Below, piece by piece: positions 48,271 through 54,987 of a DNA stretch of 64,000 bases. The notes beneath the pieces are model-generated. The model saw only the letters and a list, made by a program, of their open reading frames with translations. It made no database searches and had not been told where the DNA came from. Location of the stretch: IMG/VR virus record IMGVR_UViG_3300023184_000025, positions 248,001 through 312,000 of that record; one strand, written 5' to 3'. Made by a program: the position numbers and the translations under genes. Positions within the stretch are counted from its first letter, which is position 1; each line of letters starts with the position of its first letter.

Positions 48271-48555
48271 TTAATCTTGGTCAGGCGGTAATCCATTACT
48301 GCGTCGATCACGAAGAGTATCAGTGTTCTGAAACATTCGTTTCTCTTGCTGTGTCAACTCTTTAAACGTTTTCCTGGGATTACCGCACATTACACAATTT
48401 GGGTTGCCACAGTTCATAGCATGATGCTTGGCAAACTTATGTGGTTCTTCAACTGGTATCCCAAATTCTTTGGCAATCTTTACCTGCTTGTTAATAGCAT
48501 TATCATCTTTAAGCAATCGCTTGCTATGTTTGAATTTATCGTTTTCGTCTGACAT
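48271..48555 (-). CDS. Basic protein with CGNPNCVMCGNPRK Cys cluster
   Basis: AGGAG RBS, Cys motif. Confidence 0.75.
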   Translation of the reverse strand: MSDENDKFKHSKRLLKDDNAINKQVKIAKEFGIPVEEPHKFAKHHAMNCGNPNCVMCGNPRKTFKELTQQEKRMFQNTDTLRDRRSNGLPPDQD

Positions 48556-48569
48556 TGAATACTCCTATA

Positions 48570-48659
48570 TGGTGGAAGCGGTGAGATTCGAACTCACGGA
48601 CCCTTGCGAGCCGACAGTTTTCAAGACTGTTGCCATAAACCTGACTCGACCACACTTCC
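48570..48659 (-). tRNA. tRNA-Ser(TGA)
   Basis: Long V-arm, loop ctTGAaa. Confidence 0.92.
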
Positions 48660-48662
48660 TGA

Positions 48663-49100
48663 TTATTCTACTTCAGGGGCAGGTTTAACTTTCCCCCATT
48701 CAATAAAATTAAATACTCTCTCTACAATAAAGAAAAAAGTCATATTTGTCAATGCCTGTGCTATTGCAAATAGCACAGCGTCGGACCCACTGCTTTTAAT
48801 AATGAATATGGCTATGAGATATCCAACAAACATAGTTATTGCACGATAGATAATGGTTTTAATTACACTACGTTTGATATTGTCAACTCCTGAATTGTTT
48901 CTTGCCCAACCAGTAAGCAACCACAACCTGTCATGCACATAATAAATTGCTGTGCCTACTACAATTATAATTAAGCCAACCATACCAGCTGACGACATGC
49001 TGGCGCCAACCAGCAGTGATAACAACATGGCAGCTACCACAGAGAAAAATCTGTATATAACTGCTTTTACTATTGTTCTTGTTTGTGTTTCTTTTATCAT
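48663..49100 (-). CDS. Tandem DUF2061-like membrane protein
   Basis: ET..RTIVKAVIYR..YYVHDRLW repeated as RSVIKTIIYR..FFIVERVF. Confidence 0.75.
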   Translation of the reverse strand: MIKETQTRTIVKAVIYRFFSVVAAMLLSLLVGASMSSAGMVGLIIIVVGTAIYYVHDRLWLLTGWARNNSGVDNIKRSVIKTIIYRAITMFVGYLIAIFIIKSSGSDAVLFAIAQALTNMTFFFIVERVFNFIEWGKVKPAPEVE

Positions 49101-49122
49101 ATTACTTCCTTATATTTAATAC

Positions 49123-49196
49123 TGGCGTACCCACTAGGACTCGAACCTAGACTGACGGTTTTGGAGACCGCGATGCTGCCATTACACTATGGATAC
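49123..49196 (-). tRNA. tRNA-Trp(CCA)
   Basis: Cloverleaf. Confidence 0.92.
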
Positions 49197-49200
49197 AAAT

Positions 49201-49278
49201 TGGAACAACGGGTGAGATTTGAACTCACGACTTTACGGATTTGCAATCCGTTGCTTTTGACCACTCAGCCACCGTTGC
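49201..49278 (-). tRNA. tRNA-Cys(GCA)
   Basis: Cloverleaf, U73. Confidence 0.9.
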
Positions 49279-49283
49279 ATAAT

Positions 49284-49360
49284 TGGTCGGAATAGTAGGA
49301 TTCGAACCTACGACCTCCTGGTCCCAAACCAGGCGCACTACCAGGCTGTGCTACACTCCG
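49284..49360 (-). tRNA. tRNA-Pro(TGG)
   Basis: Cloverleaf. Confidence 0.93.
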
Positions 49361-49366
49361 AATAAC

Positions 49367-49441
49367 TGGTGGGTGATGAGAGGATCGAACTCCCGACAAA
49401 CTGCGTGTAAGGCAGCGACTCTACCGCTGAGCTAATCACCC
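49367..49441 (-). tRNA. tRNA-Val(TAC)
   Basis: Cloverleaf. Confidence 0.93.
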
Positions 49442-49447
49442 TAAACA

Positions 49448-49521
49448 TGGAGCGGGGTAAGAGAATCGAACTCTCAGCATTAGCTTGGAAGGCTAAGGTA
49501 TTACCACTATACGAACCCCGC
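49448..49521 (-). tRNA. tRNA-Gly(TCC)
   Basis: Cloverleaf. Confidence 0.93.
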
Positions 49522-49539
49522 ATTGTAATTTACTTATAT

Positions 49540-49614
49540 TGGTAGCCATGGACAGTTTCGAAATGTCGACCCCGACCTTATCAAGATCGTGCTCTTCCTC
49601 TGAGCTACACGGCT
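49540..49614 (-). tRNA. tRNA-Ile(GAT)
   Basis: Loop ttGATaa; T-stem closes with T-A. Confidence 0.88.
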
Positions 49615-49620
49615 AAAATC

Positions 49621-49697
49621 TGGCAGGAGATATAGGATTCGAACCTATGCGTGTCGGAATCAAAATCCGATGCCTTAACCAACTTGGCGAATCTCCA
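49621..49697 (-). tRNA. tRNA-Gln(TTG)
   Basis: Cloverleaf. Confidence 0.92.
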
Positions 49698-49705
49698 ACA
49701 AAGCC

Positions 49706-49781
49706 TGGTGGTAATGGCTGGACTCGAACCAGCGATAGACTGCGTATGAAGCAGTTGCATTGGCCACTATGCTACATTACC
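49706..49781 (-). tRNA. tRNA-Met(CAT), elongator (Ile2 not excluded)
   Basis: Loop ttCATac. Confidence 0.8.
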
Positions 49782-49896
49782 ATATAGAGGCACTCTCAAC
49801 AGCAGGCCTAGGAGGCAATCTGGTTGCTGAAACTTTTGCATCTGCAGATACTCAGTTTCTTCTCCTGCTTTGACTTACGCCAAGAATGCTTTTATA

Positions 49897-49972
49897 TGGT
49901 AGGACGTATTGGATTCGAACCAATGACCAATAGATTAAAAGTCTACTGCTCTACCAACTGAGCTAACGTCCC
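49897..49972 (-). tRNA. tRNA-Lys(TTT)
   Basis: Cloverleaf. Confidence 0.93.
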
Positions 49973-50023
49973 ACTAATCTTCTCACTCTTATCACTGTCC
50001 ATGTGGACTCTCCTTAAAAACTA

Positions 50024-50099
50024 TGGTGGAGGATACAGGGATCGAACCTGCGACCTACTGGTTGCAAACCAGTCGCTCTCCCAACTGAGCTAATCCCCC
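50024..50099 (-). tRNA. tRNA-Ala(TGC)
   Basis: Cloverleaf, G3:U70. Confidence 0.93.
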
Positions 50100-50105
50100 A
50101 AATAC

Positions 50106-50182
50106 TGGTACCACCTGAGCGAGTTGAACGCCCTACCCCCAAGTTCGTAGCCTGGTGCTCTATCCAAATGAGCTAAGGTGGT
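50106..50182 (-). tRNA. tRNA-Arg(ACG)
   Basis: Cloverleaf. Confidence 0.9.
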
Positions 50183-50188
50183 ATAAAA

Positions 50189-50264
<76 letters not shown>

Positions 50265-50269
50265 TTGTT

Positions 50270-50345
50270 TGGCTCCTCGACCTGGGCTCGAACCAGGGAC
50301 AACTTGATTAACAGTCAAGTGCTCTACCAACTGAGCTATCAAGGA
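50270..50345 (-). tRNA. tRNA-Asn(GTT)
   Basis: Cloverleaf. Confidence 0.93.
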
Positions 50346-50534
50346 ATAAAATAGTTAACACACTCCGAGGAATGTGTGTATTAAAGCACTCTAAAATACT
50401 TAGGCTGCCTGTTCTTAAAGAATGCTTTAATACGCTGTAATTTTTCCCTACACAAGAGTAGTTCCATCCTACAGGCCGCCCATTTGCCCATGTTTAGAGT
50501 GCAGGCTAGGATCTCGTTTCCTATAACACTTTGG

Positions 50535-50708
50535 CTAATTTACACTAAACGTTGACAATTTGGTCAACGCTTCGTGATGTTTTCTAGCACGTTCAAACTT
50601 ATCTTGAATAAGTTTTTGAAGCTGTTCTTTGGACATCTCTCCGAGAGCAGTTTCATAAGCTTGTTCTACGATTCGTTCGTTTAATTTTTTGTAATCTATC
50701 TGTTTCAT
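50535..50708 (-). CDS. 57-aa helical protein MKQIDYKKLNERIVEQAYE.. (not in ORF track)
   Basis: AAGGA RBS right after the attenuator terminator. Confidence 0.65.
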   Translation of the reverse strand: MKQIDYKKLNERIVEQAYETALGEMSKEQLQKLIQDKFERARKHHEALTKLSTFSVN

Positions 50709-50720
50709 TTTTTCCTTTGT

Positions 50721-50760
50721 AAAAACAAAAAACCCCAGGGTGTTTAGTCCTAGGGTCCTT
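50721..50760 (-). terminator. Intrinsic terminator of attenuator 2
   Basis: GGACCCUAGG..CCUGGGGUUU + U-tract. Confidence 0.8.
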
Positions 50761-50781
50761 TTAGAATTTGATGTATTTTTA

Positions 50782-50913
50782 TTACATCTTGTCTCCTACG
50801 GACCCTTGATTTTCTGGAATTGTAATTGCACAGTTAAAATTAAAACCGCGTGACCAGGCAGATGCTGTCTGGAGCATAACGGGTTTTAACGATAACATGT
50901 AATGTTTGTTCAT
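50782..50913 (-). CDS. 43-aa putative attenuator leader peptide MNKHYMLSLKPVMLQTASAWSRGFNFNCAITIPENQGSVGDKM
   Basis: Directly after promoter 50924-50952; contains AGGGUCC complementary to terminator 5' arm. Confidence 0.7.
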   Translation of the reverse strand: MNKHYMLSLKPVMLQTASAWSRGFNFNCAITIPENQGSVGDKM

Positions 50914-50923
50914 CTTAGTTTCT

Positions 50924-50990
50924 ATTGTACTTTATTTATATCTTAAAGTCAACCTTTAAGGTAAAAATGTTGTGTTGTATAGATACAACA
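50924..50990 (-). promoter_or_regulatory. Promoter TTGACT-17-TACAAT with embedded TATAAATA and upstream TGTTG-N8-CAACA
   Basis: Direct motif matches. Confidence 0.75.
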
Positions 50991-50999
50991 CTCCTGAGT

Positions 51000-51074
51000 T
51001 GGTTGCGGGGGAAGGATTCGAACCTCCGTCTTCCGGGTTATGAGCCCGATAGTCTACCACTGACGTACCCCGCG
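51000..51074 (-). tRNA. tRNA-fMet(CAT)
   Basis: C1:A72 mismatch, three G-C pairs in anticodon stem. Confidence 0.92.
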
Positions 51075-51096
51075 GTAAAAGTTAGAGTTTTTATAT

Positions 51097-51172
51097 TGGC
51101 GGTCTTAGGGGGTAACGATCCCCACTCTTACGGCGTGACAAGCCGTCGTGCGTCCATGAACACTTTAAGACC
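51097..51172 (-). tRNA. tRNA-Asp(GTC), atypical T-loop ATCGTTA
   Basis: Loop ttGTCac, G73. Confidence 0.85.
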
Positions 51173-51175
51173 AAA

Positions 51176-51605
51176 TTTTTATAGTCAAGCACCGAGTATG
51201 CCAATTTAGGAGTCCGGTGCTTCCGTTCCAAAGCCGATGCAGTTATATCAGGATCCGCCTCCGGCCGATGGGACCCGAATAGTGTATGCGTCCATACACG
51301 ATACCTTATCGATGCTTGACTATAAAAACATATTGAAACACACTAACTACCTTGGTATGTACTAAAGTTCATAGAACCGCTACGACCCTATCTTTAATGT
51401 GCTTCAATATGCTCTGCATCCCCCGGCGGTAATTATAGAGTATCAAGATACGACGCTATCGTACCCATCACACACTCCTTCCACCCGCTTCCCGACAGGG
51501 ACCGTTCTCGCATTGCTAGCGGCCTTTTGGTTCGAAGACTACCACCCGTACATGTCACTGTACTTCTCATCGTGTGGGTCACACTATCCGGAGACACCCG
51601 GAACG
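51176..51605 (-). ncRNA. Cluster of candidate structured RNAs (stem-closed 51176-51328 and 51329-51411; GC-rich 51412-51605)
   Basis: 16-bp and ~18-bp terminal stems; no credible ORF. Confidence 0.5.
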
Positions 51606-51608
51606 TTC

Positions 51609-51695
51609 TGGTGGATGAGGTTGGACTTGAACCAACAATGCCATTACGACGGAAGATTTACAGTCTCCTGGGGTTACCAATTTTCCTACACATCC
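51609..51695 (-). tRNA. tRNA-Tyr(GTA)
   Basis: Long V-arm, loop ctGTAaa. Confidence 0.9.
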
Positions 51696-51887
51696 AAAAT
51701 TAGGATAAGCTACTTGTTTTCCAAACAAGCCCTTAATTGAGCGGTTACTCTGTCCATCTCTTTTATTCTAATGTCTGTGTGCAGAGAGATACTGCCTATC
51801 AGATTCTGGATTGCTCCGCTAACGGTCTTCTGCCACCGGACCTCTATCGCTAGTCAAGCGCCATTTTAACGAAAATAGTAACGGGAT

Positions 51888-51963
51888 TTGGTACTGGGTA
51901 CGGGAATCGAACCCGTCTTACAAACGTGAAAGGCTTGTGTCCTAACCGATAGACGAACCCAGC
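51888..51963 (-). tRNA. tRNA-Glu(TTC)
   Basis: Loop ctTTCac. Confidence 0.9.
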
Positions 51964-52088
51964 ATAAAGAAAAACCCTATAGCAGTCCAGTTAAGCAACC
52001 GAACAGGGCCGTGTTAAAGAGAGAAGCCACGGTTGCAGGACCTAGTGCTCTTGCGAGGAAGTATCCAGGCGATGTGGCTTCAAAAACT

Positions 52089-52178
52089 TGGCGGAGCGAC
52101 TGGGAGTCGAACCCAGTCAACGCTTTAACACGTTGTACGGATTAGCAATCCGCTGCCTTACCGTTCGGCCACCGCTCC
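52089..52178 (-). tRNA. tRNA-Ser(GCT)
   Basis: Long V-arm, loop ttGCTaa. Confidence 0.92.
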
Positions 52179-52187
52179 AAAAAAAAT

Positions 52188-52425
52188 GCTATATTAAAAT
52201 ACACTAAAGGAACCATTGTGCATCTATGTCTACACTATACGAACGTCTCGTATAGGCCTGCACGGTCATTACTGCCTACATACTCCGCCGCTTCTCTGGG
52301 ATTAGTTCCGTATCATCTAAACGGACCCCGGTTTCATAGACTGTAAGATTGCGTAGGGCGGCCCCTGTGCTCGCGTCTTACAGTCCCTAACGGTGTAGGT
52401 AACCTTTAATACATTTTAATATAGT
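52188..52425 (-). ncRNA. Candidate ~240-nt RNA closed by a ~22-bp stem
   Basis: ctatattaaaatgtattaaagg / cctttagtgtattttaatatag with G-U pairs. Confidence 0.55.
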
Positions 52426-52460
52426 AACCCTTGCGGGTTACTACATAAAAACTCTAAAAT

Positions 52461-52554
52461 TTTTAAAGAACATTGTTGATTTCTCAACGTATGCATCAAT
52501 TATATGACACTTTGCGATTTTTGTCAACTACTTGTTTGTTGTATTTTTACAACA
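52461..52554 (-). promoter_or_regulatory. Consensus promoter TTGACA-17-TATAAT, upstream TGTTG-N8-CAACA, downstream rrn-like boxA TGTTCTTTAAAA
   Basis: Promoter 52499-52527; palindrome 52537-52554; boxA 52461-52472. Confidence 0.78.
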
Positions 52555-52624
52555 CTCTGTTGTTGTCCGGAATTGCTTCCTTCATGTTTCTATTGTACTA
52601 GATCTGCCAATTTTGGTCTACCTA

Positions 52625-52657
52625 TAAAAAGAAAACCCGCCTAGTTGGCGGGTCTTT
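52625..52657 (-). terminator. Intrinsic terminator of attenuator 1
   Basis: AAAGACCCGCC-aacua-GGCGGGUUUUCUUUUU. Confidence 0.88.
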
Positions 52658-52675
52658 GTTGATAGTACTTTCTAG

Positions 52676-52780
52676 TTATCTAGATTTCTCAAGACCCGCA
52701 TCAGACATGTGTTCATAGTCATAACTCACAAAATCTCGTGTGTTACTATTAGTGTGCATAGACAATGGTTGATAGTTCAT
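52676..52780 (-). CDS. 34-aa putative attenuator leader peptide MNYQPLSMHTNSNTRDFVSYDYEHMSDAGLEKSR
   Basis: TATAAT 6 nt before ATG (leaderless); GCGGGUCUU is a perfect 9-nt complement of terminator 5' arm. Confidence 0.7.
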   Translation of the reverse strand: MNYQPLSMHTNSNTRDFVSYDYEHMSDAGLEKSR

Positions 52781-52883
52781 AGTACTATTATATATCCATA
52801 ATCTTTAAAAATTAATTTTTTCCTAGTTTTTTTACCAAAGCAACTACCCGGGTCCAAATAAATAAATTTTTAAAAAGTATCAA

Positions 52884-53588
52884 ATGATCAATACTAATAC
52901 AGATAAAATAATAATTATATGTTATTCTAGTTTTAGCGGCGGAAAATTTTTAGTTAACAGTCTAGGGTTAAGCAATAAAATTGTATTACAAGATATCAAC
53001 TTGGCAACACAGCAAGCAAATGGAAATTTCTCAAAACAGGAAAAGTTTGAATATTTTGTTACAAAATTAAACGAAAATGGACCCACTAAAGAATGGAACG
53101 ATCTTGGACTAGGGTGTTTTCAGTTTTTTGGTGTTCTTGACAAGGAATACTTGCAAAACAAAGTCACTGTAGAAAGATTTGACAACAAAATTTCAAATAT
53201 CATTGACAATGATCTAACATTTTTTCTAGTTGCACATAATTACATTTTTTTGCCAAAATATTTAGAGGTATGGAAGAATGCAAAAATTATAGTGTTTGAA
53301 AACTCTGATTTGTTTATTAAATGGAGAACAAACGGAAAACAGACTGACAATGGTGCGTTTTCAAGAGAGAAATTTTTAGATAAAAATGTAATACACTATT
53401 TTGACAATAATAATTATTTTTCAAAAATCAAGACCCTAGACGAGATTGAAAAAATGCATCAGGTATTAGACTTACCTGACTTTGATAAAGAGTTAGTATC
53501 AAACTACTATGATTTATGGATGAGCAAGTTACTAGAAAATAAAATATACTGGGAAAAAAGTAATAAATCTGGCAGAATCAATTTTTAA
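52884..53588 (+). CDS. Hypothetical protein (sulfotransferase-like N-terminus ICYSSFSGGKFL)
   Basis: AT-rich ORF; N-terminus resembles that of 2347. Confidence 0.55.
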   Translation: MINTNTDKIIIICYSSFSGGKFLVNSLGLSNKIVLQDINLATQQANGNFSKQEKFEYFVTKLNENGPTKEWNDLGLGCFQFFGVLDKEYLQNKVTVERFDNKISNIIDNDLTFFLVAHNYIFLPKYLEVWKNAKIIVFENSDLFIKWRTNGKQTDNGAFSREKFLDKNVIHYFDNNNYFSKIKTLDEIEKMHQVLDLPDFDKELVSNYYDLWMSKLLENKIYWEKSNKSGRINF

Positions 53589-53669
53589 GTATGTTTATTT
53601 CCTTTTTGTATCATTGGTTTAAATATTATATAAATCAAAGCCGTAGCTGGCATCATAAAGGAGTAATCA

Positions 53670-54404
53670 ATGGTTACCAAGAAAGCACCAGTCAGAAAGG
53701 CACCTGTCAAGAAAGTAGTTGCTAAAAAAACACCTGTTAAAAAGGCACCCGTTAAAAAGACAACCACAGCACCAATTGTGATTGATGTCAGTAGCACTAC
53801 TAAATCAGCATCATCCATGTTGGACAAGGCCATAGACCTAATCAAGTGGGTGGACACACCGTTCAAACTGTTTGAAGTTATCTTGTTGGCCAGCGTGTTC
53901 TTTTTTGGCTATTTCGCCTGGGACAGCAGAACTGTTATTTTAAATGCAATAACACAAAGCAGTCATATAACAAATCTCAAAGAAGTAAATCATCTTATAC
54001 CAGTTGCTGTTGGTCTACAAAAAGACTTGGATGCGGTATCTGTAGTAGTACACAAAGCCAGTTTAGTTACCAACACCCGAACAACCATGTTAGCTTTTGG
54101 TCCTAAGGGCAGAGATAATGCATTAGACGGGTTGGTTTCCAGTTTGTTCAACAAAGATCCCATACGCAATGCCGCTATCATTGGCATGCTCAACGGTGAA
54201 GTTGTTTGCGATAAGTTAGAAGTAACAGGCAAGACTTCAGAATGGGAAGTCAAGCAAGGCGCCACATTTATCTGTCGTGGTGGTATTCCTCCAGAAGTGG
54301 GAGATTTTGATGGATACGTGTCAGTTGGATTCAAAACAGAACCAACAGAACTAACTGTGGTTAAAACTAGAATTAATCTAGCCACATCTGAGATGTCGCA
54401 ATGA
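53670..54404 (+). CDS. Single-TM protein with KKAPV repeats and periplasmic domain; possible T4 T-type holin
   Basis: Basic repeat tail, one TMD, two Cys in C-domain, AAGGAG RBS. Confidence 0.5.
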   Translation: MVTKKAPVRKAPVKKVVAKKTPVKKAPVKKTTTAPIVIDVSSTTKSASSMLDKAIDLIKWVDTPFKLFEVILLASVFFFGYFAWDSRTVILNAITQSSHITNLKEVNHLIPVAVGLQKDLDAVSVVVHKASLVTNTRTTMLAFGPKGRDNALDGLVSSLFNKDPIRNAAIIGMLNGEVVCDKLEVTGKTSEWEVKQGATFICRGGIPPEVGDFDGYVSVGFKTEPTELTVVKTRINLATSEMSQ

Positions 54405-54745
54405 AATGGCTAATAGTATTTTTATTACTGCTAATTTCATGTATACCAAGTTCAAGTCAGCCGTGTGATGATTGTATAGGTGGAGTTGTTGCTACAGATA
54501 CTAACACTTGTTTGGTATCTAATTTTTATAAAATTGCTTATTCAATTCATGACCCTGGTTTACGACACCAACAGTTATCATCGTGGTTAACAACCAACGG
54601 AAACAAATGTGACAGCAAACAACTTGTTATAATTTGGAATCGTCTTGCTGAATGGGGTGGCGCCGCCGACTCAGCAGAATTGCGAGGCAAACTACTTTAT
54701 TATTTTTCTAGAGCCGAAGAGAGGGAACGCAAGGAAAAATCATAA
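54401..54745 (+). CDS. Secreted Cys-containing protein
   Basis: Signal peptide; coupled to previous gene. Confidence 0.6.
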   Translation: MKWLIVFLLLLISCIPSSSQPCDDCIGGVVATDTNTCLVSNFYKIAYSIHDPGLRHQQLSSWLTTNGNKCDSKQLVIIWNRLAEWGGAADSAELRGKLLYYFSRAEERERKEKS

Positions 54746-54978
54746 TGGATGCAATCAGATGGTTCCCAATAGTGCAACCAAGTTACGCAAATGTAGATGG
54801 TATTTTAGCCGATGTTCACGCAAGAAAAAATGAAGAACGCTGGGCTGAATACAACAAAGAGTTAGTTGAAAAAATACATTTCAGGGACTATTTGTATGAT
54901 TTGTATTTGAAAAGAGCACACGAAAATCACATACGCATGGAAATATTCAACGTGAGTACCATAGATTATTATGTTTAA
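54745..54978 (+). CDS. Hypothetical protein
   Basis: Coupled ORF. Confidence 0.55.
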   Translation: MDAIRWFPIVQPSYANVDGILADVHARKNEERWAEYNKELVEKIHFRDYLYDLYLKRAHENHIRMEIFNVSTIDYYV

Positions 54979-54987
54979 TTAAAATTG

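Noticed and set aside
53682-53760. Nucleotide tandem repeat
   Set aside because: Fully explained by the KKAPV peptide repeats of the encoded protein.
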